From an uncultured Acidobacteriota bacterium (GTDB lineage: Bacteria > Acidobacteriota > UBA6911): a stretch of 64,000 nt of DNA. The notes beneath the pieces are model-generated. The model made no database searches. It had not been told where the DNA came from and saw only the letters and a list, made by a program, of their open reading frames with translations. Positions within the stretch are counted from its first letter, which is position 1. Every line of letters begins with the position of its first letter. The DNA is taken from NCBI GenBank assembly GCA_963809485.1, contig CAWEJX010000012.1:78185-142184 (forward strand), read 5' to 3'. Positions 1 through 10,414 of this stretch are shown here, piece by piece. Both the position numbers and the translations under genes were made by a program.

Positions 1-251
1 CTGGTTCCCGTAAAACCAAGGAGGACGATAATGCCGTCGCTGTACTCGGCGATTTCTTTGGATCTTGCCTCTCTGAGCTCCGGTGCTACGAAGGCGGGCC
101 ACTCGCGAAAATCGATTCTGCCGACCCGTTTTTTCAATGCACTTTCAAGCTGCGGGAGCAATGCCTCTGCCAAACCCGCCCCGGTTCCGAACTTCAGCAC
201 ACCGATCTTTTTTCCGTGCAGGCTTTGCAGACGAGGTGAAGGAGAGACCAT
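1..251 (-). CDS. Partial CDS running off the window edge: N-terminal UGSC-like module of the two-domain family
   Basis: My own minus-strand translation starts at ATG 251..249: MVSPSPRLQSLHGKKIGVLKFGTGAGLAEALLPQLESALKKRVGRIDF...SDGIIVLLGFTGT. It shares the (A/S)PRL-x-x-L-x-GK-x-IG and D-(A/G)-(V/I)-I motifs with the N-modules at 8577, 10389, 15164, 41206, 46953 and 56602. It is absent from the ORF track because no stop lies inside the window. Confidence 0.45.
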   Translation of the reverse strand, partial: MVSPSPRLQSLHGKKIGVLKFGTGAGLAEALLPQLESALKKRVGRIDFREWPAFVAPELREARSKEIAEYSDGIIVLLGFTGT

Positions 252-402
252 GCGGAGAGTTTGAAATTCGCCTCTTGGATTGTATACCGTCAATTCCACT
301 TGTGCTGTTTGGCATAAAAGGCACCCATGCTCATTTGGTATGCAGGATTGATAGGAGCGCTATGAATGGCTGAAACCATATTGCCATCCCGCCATAGTTG
401 CC

Positions 403-1630
403 TTATGAGGTCATTGGACCGAATGCGCCCGCCATCAGGAATCCATCAAATTCGGCTTCTGACATCCCCAAAATCTCAAGGCAAATGTATTCATTGTGTT
501 CGCCCAAAACGGGGGCCTCCCGAAAAAGCTTTGCGGGAGTCATGGATAATCTGGATGGCTGTCCCAAATAGGAGAACTCTCCCAGTTCTTTGTGATTTCC
601 TCTCCAGAAACATTCTCTTTCTCTTAGTTGCACTATCGCTGCAAATATCTTTTGCATCTTGCACGACTCCCGCGGCAACTCCCTCCTGCTGCAGCAGAAC
701 CATGATATGTTCAGGCTCGTATTGGGATGTCCATTGCTCCACAAGATGGTTTAGCCTTGCTTCGTGTTTCTTCCTTTCCGGAAGCGTCGAGAATTCAGGG
801 GCTTTTGTCCATTCCGGATTTCCCATGGCTTTACACATGGATTGCCACTCATCGTCCGTAAAGACAGTGATTGCGCACCAACGGTCCTCGCCTTTGCAGC
901 GAAAGACTCCATGCGGGGCGGCATATTCGCAGGAGTTGCCGTTGGCTCTTGCCTCCATGCCGCTTGTTGAATAATCAAGCAGAAGCGGGGCTATGAGCTG
1001 CAAGCCGGATTCGAACTGGGATACATCAATCAACTGACCTTTGCCCGTTTTGTTCCTGTGGTCGAGGGCGCTTATCAGGGCGCTTGCTGCAAAATGGGGG
1101 ACGCAATAATCCGTATAGGCCACCATTGGGGATATCGGTTCTTCGTCCGGAAAGCCTACGAGATTGACGATTCCTCCCAGCCCATTAATGTGGTTTCCCA
1201 GGCCGGGCTGAGTCGCCGAAGGCCCTGTCAGGCCCTGATTGGAGCTTCGAATCATGATGATATCCGGCTTGATCCTGCTCAATTCATCATAGCCCAGGCC
1301 CCAGCTTTCCAGCACGCCGGGCCTGTGGCTGTCAGCCACAACGTCCGCCCAGGCCACCAGTTTTTTTGCGATTTCTTTCGCGACCGCATTTTTTAGATCG
1401 AGGCTGATGCTGTATTTATTGGCTGCAAAATAGCTGAAAAATCCGGCCCGGTTAATGTTTGTTACGCCATCCTTAAAAGGAGCGGAAGTCCGCAGCAGGT
1501 CCGGCCTCTCGATGGATTCGATGCAGATAACGGTTGCACCGTAATCGGCCAAATATTTAAGGGTCAGCGGACCGGCAATGGCCCACCCGAAATCAATCAC
1601 ATTAATTCCGGCAAAGACCTTTGGATCCAA
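403..1630 (-). CDS. Family III CoA-transferase (CaiB/BaiF type); reading frame broken by a +1 shift near 635
   Basis: The N-terminus reads GINVIDFGWAIAGPLTLKYLADYGATVICIE. The family C-terminus (LGEHNEYICLEILGMSEAEFDGF) lies in ORF 403..744, one frame over. Removing one base at about 635 restores ...DAKDICSDVQLRERECFW... Confidence 0.85.
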
Positions 1631-1657
1631 GCGAGTTCCTTCCTTTCACCCAAATAT

Positions 1658-2912
1658 CTAGATAATTCCGGATTGCTGCAAGAGCACCAGATCTCTTTTT
1701 GAAAAACCCAGTTCCTTTTCATAAATTTCCAGGTTGTGTTCCCCGGGCAAAGGAGCTTTCTTCAAGCCTTGTGAGCGGCGTTTCGGATAATTTTGCGAAG
1801 GGTCCGGGATAGGTAATCTGTGCCGGAATTTCCGGATAATCAACTTTTGCCCAGAAGTTCCTGGCATCCAATTGTGTGTTTTCAAATATGTCTCGAGCTG
1901 TGGACACAGGGCAAAGCATTATCTTTCTTTTTAAGGCCTGGCCATACAATTCGGCCTTTGTGTATTTCAAAAAAAGCTCCGCGATCGGCGCCTCCATCTG
2001 TTCCTGCATTTCCTGTGTCTGTCTGGACATGTCAAACGCAGTCCAATCGAAATTGGCCATAAGCTCCGAGGCCAAACCCTCTTCCTGCAGCCACGCCGCG
2101 ATGGCGCGATTGGTCTTGAGACCGAAATCACCGCCCAAAATATAAAAAATGACGTATCCGTCCTTGCACCGCCACAATAGCTTCTGCTTTGTGTCCGTCC
2201 ATCGGCCCGAGAGATAGGATCCTGCGCGCTTGAGAATTTTATGATTCAACTCCCATAGCGGAACGGCATTGGAGAGCTCCCACAGAACACACTCCTGCGC
2301 CGACACATCGACATATTGCCCTTGCCCGGTTTTTTCACGATAGAAATAGGCGATAAGGCTCGCAGCCGCCGCATGGGCACTGGCTAACAAAAATGACTGC
2401 GGAAAACTTATTCTCACGGGAGGCGCATCCGGTTTCCCTGTTATGTACAACAGTCCACTCATAGCCATGACCACGAGGTCGGATGCCTTGAAGTTCTTGT
2501 AGGGCCCCGTTTGTCCAAACGGGCTGATCGAGGTATAGATCATGCGGGGATTGAGTTGATTGAGATTGGCATATCCCAGCCCCAATTCATCCATGTATCC
2601 CGGCGGGAAGGACTCGATTAGGAAATCGGCATGGTTCACGAGAGTCTTGAGAATCTGCTGCCCATCCGCAGAATCGAGTTTCAGCGTTATGCCTCGTTTG
2701 TTTGCATTGTAGGCCAACCATACAAGGCTTCTTTCCGGCGCCGGAGTTTGGCGATAAAAGGGGCCGATGCGCCTGTCCGGATCGCCTCCAGGCTTTTCAA
2801 TTTTTATGACGTCTGCTCCCAGGTCCGCCAGAATCCTGCCGCACAGGTAGCCGTTATTGTTAGTTAAATCCAGCACTCGCGGCGATCGAGCCAGACATTT
2901 CTTCTCTTCCAT
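1658..2912 (-). CDS. Family III CoA-transferase; +1 frame break near 1763
   Basis: VLDLTNNNGYLCGRILADLGADVIKIEKPGGD follows ATG 2912. The C-terminal LPGEHNLEIYEKELGFSKRDLVLLQQSGII lies in ORF 1658..1885 in the +1 frame. Confidence 0.85.
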
Positions 2913-2916
2913 CCGA

Positions 2917-4101
2917 TTAGTTTCCTTTAGGGCGTAATCGATTATCCAGCGGGGAGAAATTATTCTTCCTGGACGGCAGAGCCACAATCGCATAGCCGGG
3001 CATTACATTTTCATGCCTTTGATTTATCGCGGATCGTTCGATACGAACGCAGGAATCTCCGTCGGCATCCATGAACTTTTCGGTAACCTTGCCCTTGATC
3101 CAAACGACGTCCGATAAATATACGAACTTATTGTATTCCGTATAACTTCTCTTCAGCCAGCCATCGTCTCCCATCCAATTGGTGATCAGTTGAACGGCCC
3201 AGCAGTGCCTTTGAACGCCGACATCGTAGGAGTGCGGAAGCCCCATGGCATTGGCCGCGGCCCGGTTATAATGAACGGCAAAAATCGGTTCGAGCGCTGA
3301 GGTGTTGGGATCCCGGAAAGCCCAGGCCGGATGCTTTTGATAGGATCGCAAAGCCACACCGTGGGCCTGCAATCTCGGGATAGGGACTCCTCCGCCGATA
3401 ACGTAAGCTATTTCATCCGTGACTCCGAGCGGCCCTTTGACCACCGGTTTAAGCTCATCCCCGATTTCAACGTCTTCCCAATACCGCGGGTTGGAGCCTC
3501 GGATTTCCTCGGAAAGAATTTCCTGTTCAATCTGCTGCAATTGTTCCTCGGTCCAGGGATGCGGCAATTCGATGTGAGCGTGCCTTTTTTTCTCGCGGGC
3601 CTTAGCCCTGGCAAAATGAACCACCCACCAGCGATACCTGGCGATTAGATCCCCGTTCTGGTTCCAATATTGATTTTGAAAATGATCTATCACGGTTTCG
3701 TCAGCATAGCTGCTTTCCTTCGGCCCCTCAAAACTCTTGAATACGCACTCTGCCGATATTTTATCCCCTATATAGATCGGCTTCATGAATTCCACATCGC
3801 AGCCCGCATGAAAGCCTCCCAGTCCTCTCCAGCCAAATATTACATGCGCAAAACAGGCCCAGACAAAGGAAGGAGGAGCCACGATGCGGCCATACGGGCT
3901 ATTTTGGGCATATTCCTTATCACTCCATAGAGGATTCACATCTCCTACGCCCTCGATGAATTTGAGAATCGCCATTCTGGATGCATACTCGTTGTGCGTG
4001 CTTTCGTCTATCCGCAGCGAGAGGCCCAGTTTGGCGCGCATTCCCTCTATCATTTCCTTGGTGATTGTCGAATCCGGCATCACCACCTTTTTTTCGGTCA
4101 T
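2917..4101 (-). CDS. MaoC-like / FAS1-type double hot-dog acyl-CoA (de)hydratase
   Basis: The ORF is about 395-419 aa. It has an N-terminal hot-dog region with GDVNPLW and a C-terminal MaoC-like region (GDELKPVVKGPLGVTDEIAYV...SDVVWIKGKVTEK). The likely start is ATG 4101, preceded by GAAGAGGTGG. It is embedded between CoA-transferase genes. Confidence 0.7.
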   Translation of the reverse strand: MTEKKVVMPDSTITKEMIEGMRAKLGLSLRIDESTHNEYASRMAILKFIEGVGDVNPLWSDKEYAQNSPYGRIVAPPSFVWACFAHVIFGWRGLGGFHAGCDVEFMKPIYIGDKISAECVFKSFEGPKESSYADETVIDHFQNQYWNQNGDLIARYRWWVVHFARAKAREKKRHAHIELPHPWTEEQLQQIEQEILSEEIRGSNPRYWEDVEIGDELKPVVKGPLGVTDEIAYVIGGGVPIPRLQAHGVALRSYQKHPAWAFRDPNTSALEPIFAVHYNRAAANAMGLPHSYDVGVQRHCWAVQLITNWMGDDGWLKRSYTEYNKFVYLSDVVWIKGKVTEKFMDADGDSCVRIERSAINQRHENVMPGYAIVALPSRKNNFSPLDNRLRPKGN

Positions 4102-4150
4102 CAGCCACCTCTTCAGCACGATCCGATCGTTCCAGCTGTATGCTTTGGAT

Positions 4151-5509
4151 CTATACCTCGCCAATTCCAATACCAAAATGTTTTCTCAGTTCAGTGACAT
4201 AATCCGGATCCATGCACCCCGCCTGTTGTTTTTCCAGCAAATCTACTCGTGTGGGCCTTCCGGGTGGGAACTCGGGCGTCCTGGAAATGACCTTCTCCTG
4301 CTCCAGATGCGCAAGGTCCTGCTTCGACATGCCCAACAAGGAACAAAGAACGTATTCGTTGTCCTCTCCAAAATGAGGAGCTCGTTTCAGTGCAGATTTC
4401 TTGAATCCCCGGAACTTTGCCGGTATCTGGCTGGGTATCGGTCTCTTACCTATGCCCTCCCCGTGGTCGACACACTGAAAGAAGCCTCGCTTCATGAGGT
4501 GAGGATTCAGGTTGATTTCTTTCATGTTGAGCGCCGGCCCGGCCGGAATTCTCAACCTCTGCAGGGTATACAATACTTCGAATTTGTCCCGCCGAGCAGT
4601 CCATTGCTCAATGAGGCAATCCAATTCAGGTTGCCTTGCAAGCCTGGCCTGCCTGGAGGAGAATGCCGGGTCCCTTAAGGCTTCCGGCTCATGAATCTCC
4701 CGGACGAAGCGTTTCCATTGGCTATCGGTTTCTATGGCAATCGCCACCCATTCGTCATCTCCCTTACAGCGGTAACAGCCGTGAGGGGCACATCCCGGAT
4801 GACGATTGCCCATGCGTTTCCGGTCGCGAGTGTTCAGGATGTAATCGAGAACTATGTCGCCCAGATGACAAATGGTGGCTTCTCTTCCGGAAACATCCAC
4901 GTACTGTCCCTTGCCGGTTTTCCTCTGATGGAAAAGTGCGGTCATCAGCGCCATGGCGGCATGTGCGCCCGTAACCCAATCCCCGTATGCGAAACCGGAC
5001 AGAAGCGGGGGCTCATCAGAATTGCCGGTGTTGTGCGTCAAACCACTCATCCCCTCCATGCCCGGCACATACATATAGTAGTCTTTGAGGGGGCCATCGT
5101 GTCCCAAACCGCTGATTGAAACCATGATGATTCGAGGATTGATCTTCTTTATGCGTTCGTAGTTCAATCCCCAATTGGTCATGACCCTGGGCGAATAGTT
5201 CTCAATGACTGCGTTGCTCACTTTTAGCAGCTGCCTGAAGATATCGCGTCCTTCTTCGGTGGCCATGTTGAGTGAAATGGCCCGTTTGCCTGCATTGAGG
5301 GAGTGAAACAGGCAACCGCGGTTCCAGGGATCGGTGCCCGGGTTGTTATCGGGATAGACATTGGCTCGCGTAAATACGTCGGGGCGTTGCCATGATTCTA
5401 TCTTGATAACTTCAGCCCCCAATTCGGCCAGTATCTTGGTGGCAACGGGACCCGCAAAAACCATGGTCAGATCGATAATCCTGATGCCCTCTAAAATCTT
5501 GTATGCCAT
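4151..5509 (-). CDS. Family III CoA-transferase (intact, 452 aa)
   Basis: GIRIIDLTMVFAGPVATKILAELGAEVIKIE, GKGQYVDVS and FGEDNEYVL are typical family motifs. Confidence 0.85.
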   Translation of the reverse strand: MAYKILEGIRIIDLTMVFAGPVATKILAELGAEVIKIESWQRPDVFTRANVYPDNNPGTDPWNRGCLFHSLNAGKRAISLNMATEEGRDIFRQLLKVSNAVIENYSPRVMTNWGLNYERIKKINPRIIMVSISGLGHDGPLKDYYMYVPGMEGMSGLTHNTGNSDEPPLLSGFAYGDWVTGAHAAMALMTALFHQRKTGKGQYVDVSGREATICHLGDIVLDYILNTRDRKRMGNRHPGCAPHGCYRCKGDDEWVAIAIETDSQWKRFVREIHEPEALRDPAFSSRQARLARQPELDCLIEQWTARRDKFEVLYTLQRLRIPAGPALNMKEINLNPHLMKRGFFQCVDHGEGIGKRPIPSQIPAKFRGFKKSALKRAPHFGEDNEYVLCSLLGMSKQDLAHLEQEKVISRTPEFPPGRPTRVDLLEKQQAGCMDPDYVTELRKHFGIGIGEV

Positions 5510-5524
5510 TCTCGTCCCGATCGT

Positions 5525-6730
5525 TTATATGATCCCGGCGCTCTGCAATTTTTTGATTTCTCTTTGTGTGTACCCCAATCCCCGATAAAACTCACGATTG
5601 TGCTCTCCCAACAGCGGAGCCCTTCCGGGGAGCCACGGTGTTTTGCCCAGTTTGACTGGCGATCCGGGGCTGGCAATTCTGCCCAGATGTGGATGATGCG
5701 TCGTATCAAAGAACTTCCTGGCTTTCAATTGCTGGTCCTTGAAGAGTTCTCCGGCGCTCAGGACGGGAGTGAAGGCCAGGCGCAGCTCCTGGGCTTCGGC
5801 TGTAATGTCCCATTTGTTGCGGCTCATCAGCCACGGAATGATCAGGGCGTCAAATCCTTCCGGATCGGCCATGCGCGTTCGCGGGTCGGCAAAAAAGCCG
5901 CTATTTTGAAGTTCAGGTTCGTTGATCAGAAAAGGAATATTCGGCGCGCCTCCGATGCCGGGCGTGAGGCTGATCCATCCATCTTTACAGGGGACGCTGT
6001 AACCTATGGGGTAACCGTGGATGGCAAATGGATTGGTGCGTCTGCTAAATCCCAGGTACGAATATTCCGTAACATGTCCCATTAAAGTGCTGGCAACACA
6101 CTCCATCATGCCTACATCTATCGATACACCACTATTGTTCTTTGCCCGACCTATCAGAGCCGCTACTGTCCCTATATAGCTCAGCACCCCGGTCGAGAAT
6201 TCCGCCTGGTATCCTCCTTGTACTGCAGGTCTTGTTTTGGGTTTAGTGCCCGGTCTCATCGGGTACACTGTCCCGCCGAGGGCCGATACCGTGAGATTAT
6301 TTGCGCGGTAGCGACGGTAGGGCCCGGTTTTGCCAAAAGCTGAAATGGAGGTCACGATCATGCGGGGATTGATGGTCCGCAGTATTTTCCCGGATAAACC
6401 CAGTTTTTGGAGAGTGCCCGGAACATAGCTTTCCACAAAAATATCTGTTGTTTTCAAAATCCGCTTTAATATTTCCGTCCCTTTTTTGCTTTGGACGTTT
6501 AATGTGATGCTTTTCTTATTCGTATTCAGATAAAAGAAAGTGCCGCTCTTCTCGAGGTCGTACTCATCGTTTGGGAACGGCCCTATTTCCCGGGTGATGT
6601 CCCCAAAATTCGGTCTTTCGACCTTAATCACTTCAGCGCCAAAAGAAGCAAACAATTTCGTGCAATAGGGACCTGCGATCCCCTGCGTAAGGTCCAGTAT
6701 CTTAACGCCGCTGAACACCCGTTCGCTCAT
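5525..6730 (-). CDS. Family III CoA-transferase (about 401 aa from ATG 6730)
   Basis: MSERVFSGVKILDLTQGIAGPYCTKLFASFGAEVIKVE...LGEHNREFYRGLGYTQREIKKLQSAGII. The longer ORF-track start at 6985 would read through the palindromic operator and overlap the upstream gene. Confidence 0.85.
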   Translation of the reverse strand: MSERVFSGVKILDLTQGIAGPYCTKLFASFGAEVIKVERPNFGDITREIGPFPNDEYDLEKSGTFFYLNTNKKSITLNVQSKKGTEILKRILKTTDIFVESYVPGTLQKLGLSGKILRTINPRMIVTSISAFGKTGPYRRYRANNLTVSALGGTVYPMRPGTKPKTRPAVQGGYQAEFSTGVLSYIGTVAALIGRAKNNSGVSIDVGMMECVASTLMGHVTEYSYLGFSRRTNPFAIHGYPIGYSVPCKDGWISLTPGIGGAPNIPFLINEPELQNSGFFADPRTRMADPEGFDALIIPWLMSRNKWDITAEAQELRLAFTPVLSAGELFKDQQLKARKFFDTTHHPHLGRIASPGSPVKLGKTPWLPGRAPLLGEHNREFYRGLGYTQREIKKLQSAGII

Positions 6731-6762
6731 AAAATCACGCTGACTTGCCGGCAACAGAGATG

Positions 6763-6789
6763 TTCGTACCATAATACGTATACGTACAT
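6763..6789 (-). promoter_or_regulatory. Candidate operator: the minus strand reads ATGTACGTATACGTATTATGGTACGAA
   Basis: The core matches 13 of 14 positions of GTACGTATACGTAC and the 3' flank TA(T/G)G(G/A)T(A/G)CGAA is also present. It lies about 45 nt upstream of ATG 6730, in the gap after the 6852 gene. The same element occurs at 16276-16302 and 29713-29739. Confidence 0.55.
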
Positions 6790-6851
6790 GGCGGCTTTCA
6801 ACAGGCATCCTGTGGTTCGGTTGAATCGAGTCTGCATATAAATTGGCCGTG

Positions 6852-8577
6852 CTACTCAGCCGGCAGGATTTTTTCCCAGTTTGCCGGCAATTGGATCCTT
6901 TTGCTGACCGGGGGCCCTTGCTCGTGGTTTTGGACATAGCCTCTGCTGCGATTTCGCCCGGAGTCCCCACTGACCACAATCCCAATCCATTCGGGCTTCA
7001 AAAATACCGGAACCATTCTTGCCGGATCGTCTGACTCGCAATACAGGTGTGAAATCAGCTTCTCGTCCACCCTTCGGCGCAGGCTGAAGCCGGTAAAACC
7101 TCCCTGCCAGGCGAGTCTTTCCATTGAGGCCACAGACACCTTGGAGTGGTCATACAAATACTGCTGCACGTCCTTTTTCTGCAACCCGTCTTTTGCCAGC
7201 ACGCGTGCTATGCTTGGACTGATTACCAATAAAGGAAAAAATTTCCCCCAATTGACGGCCATGTGGGTCCAGGTCGACATGGCTCCCCCGAACACTTCCA
7301 CGAATGTGTCCAGGTGGTCCCTGGCTTTATCCCCTCCACTGGCAATCGGCGCTGTTGCGTATACAACACTCTGGACGGTGACGACACTATCGTCGGGTTT
7401 AAAGCCGCGAGAAACGCTGAACGATTCCCATCCAAGCTCGGTCAATACATCCTCATTCTCGGCCAGAGCTACCTTGAATGTTTCACCGATCGTCGCCTTA
7501 TCCGTTGTTCCGGGTGGTATCCGCAAACCGGCCACATTCCTCATGAACAGCCTCAAAAAGCGGCCCATGCTGGTATTGGCCTGGCGGCCAACTCGCATCA
7601 CCCCGGTTTCATAGTTGATATTCAGGTCTTTTATTATGGGGCCATTGAGAACAATCAGCGGCTCCCAGCCGGGGGTACTGCCGGCATCCTCAATCCGGAA
7701 TTCAGGATCGGAAACAGCCTCTATAACGGCCAGGAGAACGGGCATATATTCCGGTCTGCACCCTGCCATTACGCCGTTAACAGCGATGTTCCAGACCGTG
7801 GCCGCCCGGCTTTCGGGAAGCAAAATCCCGATGACTTCTTCCCGCGACCGGTCCGTAAATTGAAGAAACTTTTCGACTCTGTCGATGGTCGGAGGGATCA
7901 CCGGGAGACCATCGGTCCATTGTCTCCTGATAAAAAACTCCTGAACTTCATCCAAAGTCCCCCGGAAAATGATTTGGTCCGGTTCCGGTTCTTTTGTTCT
8001 GGCCGCCTGCGTTACAGGTTTGGTAAATACCTGAATGATATTGTCGACAAGGGTACCGGTAACCTTTTGGATCAACTCTTCCCGGCTGTCTACGGACACC
8101 ACGCCTGGATACTCCGCCACGGGCAGATTCTGGACTCCCAGGCTCTGGCCCACTGTCTGGACTTGTTTCAAAAAGCCGGTGGTGATAATCGAGGCTGAAG
8201 GAATGCCGGCTTTTTCAGCAACTACGCTTGCCCGCGCAACCGCGGGCGAGCAGCTGCCTCAGCCTCCGACTCCGGATATAACGGCATCACAGCCGATATT
8301 GACGAAGTCTGTCTGCCAGGGTGGCAATGATCTCGGCTTCTTGCGGGCCATGCGTATTGCCGAAGGTCTCATATTCAATGAATTTTACACCCGGATATCG
8401 CTCGGACAGTGAGGCTCGGATGAGAGGAAAAATTTCTTCCGCCCTGAAACCGTAGTCCGACAACTCACAGATAGTCTTGCCGGATAAATCCGCAATTCGA
8501 GGCGCCAGGGTTACCTTTTCAGATATTATTTTCCCAAGAGGCCATACAACTTCGTATCCCGTCTCTTGCATCATCAA
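6852..8577 (-). CDS. Two-domain UGSC-type selenoprotein (N-terminal UGSC module plus uncharacterised C-domain). Sec codon is at 8261..8259. A +1 frame break lies near 8310.
   Basis: ORF 8287..8577 gives the N-module (APRIADLSGKTI...). In the next frame I read FVNIGCDAVISGVGG-TGA-GSCSPAVARASVVAEKAGIPSASIITTGF. That reading continues in frame into ORF 6852..8171 (WTDGLPVIPPT, NGVMAGCRPEYMPVLLA). Confidence 0.75.
8230..8247 (-). promoter_or_regulatory. SECIS-like stem-loop 11 nt downstream of the UGA at 8261..8259
   Basis: The mRNA reads UGA-GGCAGCUGCUC-[GCCCGCG GUUG CGCGGGC], a 7-bp GC stem. The GGUU sequence sits at the apex. Confidence 0.55.
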
Positions 8578-8667
8578 TCTCCCGATCTCGCCGTGGATAC
8601 ACGGCTTTCAGCATATTCGCCTCAAAAAACCGATCCTCTCTATCCCAATGCAATTGGCGGATACACC

Positions 8668-10389
8668 TTATTTAATCGTCGGACTTCCCCATCCTCCGTA
8701 TTTAGAGAGGAGGGAGTGCCAGTTTTGAGGAACGTGTATCGGTTTGGTTACAAAATGCGATGGCCCATATCCCCAGGTCCCTATATAGGCAATCATGTCG
8801 GGACCGGGGCCTCCAGCAACGCAGACCTTGAGGCTTTCCGGATTGAGAAGCAGCGGTACCGGGGCATTCGGGTCTTTCTGATGTTTTTCAATAACCCATT
8901 TCGGCAGCCTGCAGAATCCCGGGGCTTCCCTTCCGTCGAACACCTCGTTTCCGGGCAACTGGATTCTTTCGTATAGCTTTTCCTGGAGTTTCTTTCTGGA
9001 AAAACCTTCCCGACGGATAGCCTCAAATGCAGTCGGCGAAATAAGCACCAGATTGTTGTAGATACAGTTAAGAGCATACCGGTCATATTTCGCTTTTGCC
9101 TGGAGGCTAATATGGGAAATGATTCTCTCGACGGAAGGAGGAGTCGGCAATACCAGGTCCGGCTGCCAGGACATGGCCGGCATCACGCTGATTGTCGGCT
9201 GATCGTCAGGAAATCCTTCGGCGACTCGCAATGGTTCCCATGCGCCTGAGTATGCCGATTCATTCTCTCCTATCAGGGAGTAATATCTGAAAGGGCTCCC
9301 GAAGGCTTTCATGTCATTGATGCCGGGCCAGGTTTGGCCCAGGTTCATCATTATCAGCTTAAGCGCCCGCCCGATCGCTGCATTCGCTTTCCATCCCGGA
9401 CCCACTGTGCAAAAACTATCATTTATATTGAGTTCATCGATCAGCTTTTTCCCGCTGACAACAAAGAAAGGAGCCACCTGGCCGGATGTGCACTGCACGC
9501 CTATGAGGTCAAACAAGGGATCGATGATCGCTTCCACCGCAGCCAGGATGACGGGCATATGCTGCGGCAGGCACCCGGCCATCGCCGCATTGACCGCGAT
9601 CTTCTCTATGGTCGCGTTCACTCCACTGGGAGGGAACCGGGCTATGACGTGCTCGCGCGGCAAGGATGCCCCTTCAAGCATTCTTGCCACTGCCTCTTCC
9701 GTCGGCGGTGCCAGCGGCAAGCCATCGCTCCAGCCATGATTCAGGAAAAAGCGCTCCATTTCCTCCTGAGCTGCAAGGAAATCCTTGCCGCCGAATGCCA
9801 GACTCGCTTCATTGACTTCCGGTATCTCAGGAGGCTGCGGGGACCACCGGGTCAAAGATCTGACAACCTCGTCCGCAACCTTCTCGGCTATCTCCAATTT
9901 CTCAATTTCCTCTGCAGGCGGTACATAATCCAAAATCAACGGAGCCACTGCCAGGTCTTCCAAACCTTCGCTCCTTGCAAGAAACCTGGCGTTGGATTTA
10001 AAACAGTTTGTGACTATGAATGCCACCGGCTTCCCCAATTTCTCAATACGGATGGCATCCGGGGCGGTTCGGGTCGTGCTGCCTCCCGACATTCCCATCG
10101 CGACGATCACGGCATCGCTATTGTCGGCAACCTCTCTGAGTTTAGCCGCCCTGGCATCCGCATCCCCCAGCACCGACATTTCCCACGTGCGGAATTCGGC
10201 GTCGGGCATTCTGTTTCTCAGGGCCTTGTCCAGGTAAGGATAGAATATCTGGCCCACCGGGACGCGGTTTCTGAGGATGCCGATCTTCACCCCATTCAGG
10301 TCCTTCAGACGAGGCGCATTGGGTATTGGAGCAATCTCCGAACTCGCCGTGGGATTCAAAACCCTCAGATGCGTTTGGCCGCTGGTCAC
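8668..10389 (-). CDS. Two-domain family paralogue in which the U-x-x-C pair is replaced by SGGS
   Basis: SDAVIVAMGM-SGGS-TTRTAPDAIRIEKLGKPVAFIVTN aligns with the ...GD-UGSC-T... region of the paralogues. The C-domain has GWSDGLPLAPPT, NAAMAGCLPQHMPVILAA, ANAAIGRALKL and ENE. The probable start is GTG 10389 after GGGAGGA. A TTG at 10410 is the alternative. Confidence 0.75.
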   Translation of the reverse strand: MTSGQTHLRVLNPTASSEIAPIPNAPRLKDLNGVKIGILRNRVPVGQIFYPYLDKALRNRMPDAEFRTWEMSVLGDADARAAKLREVADNSDAVIVAMGMSGGSTTRTAPDAIRIEKLGKPVAFIVTNCFKSNARFLARSEGLEDLAVAPLILDYVPPAEEIEKLEIAEKVADEVVRSLTRWSPQPPEIPEVNEASLAFGGKDFLAAQEEMERFFLNHGWSDGLPLAPPTEEAVARMLEGASLPREHVIARFPPSGVNATIEKIAVNAAMAGCLPQHMPVILAAVEAIIDPLFDLIGVQCTSGQVAPFFVVSGKKLIDELNINDSFCTVGPGWKANAAIGRALKLIMMNLGQTWPGINDMKAFGSPFRYYSLIGENESAYSGAWEPLRVAEGFPDDQPTISVMPAMSWQPDLVLPTPPSVERIISHISLQAKAKYDRYALNCIYNNLVLISPTAFEAIRREGFSRKKLQEKLYERIQLPGNEVFDGREAPGFCRLPKWVIEKHQKDPNAPVPLLLNPESLKVCVAGGPGPDMIAYIGTWGYGPSHFVTKPIHVPQNWHSLLSKYGGWGSPTIK

Positions 10390-10414
10390 GTTGGTATCCT
10401 CCCGGAGCAATGCA

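Noticed and set aside
31-373. Plus-strand ORFs 31-264 and 83-373 at the window start.
   Set aside because: The opposite strand encodes a recognisable N-module paralogue (SPRLQSLHGKKIGVL...). The plus-strand products show no motifs.
8287-8289. The TGA that ends ORF 8287-8577, as a possible Sec codon.
   Set aside because: Read-through gives U-C-R-Y-I-R-S-R-R..., which has no similarity to the family. The family motif GVGG-U-GSC appears one frame over at 8261..8259. This TGA is therefore just the out-of-frame stop created by the +1 break near 8310.
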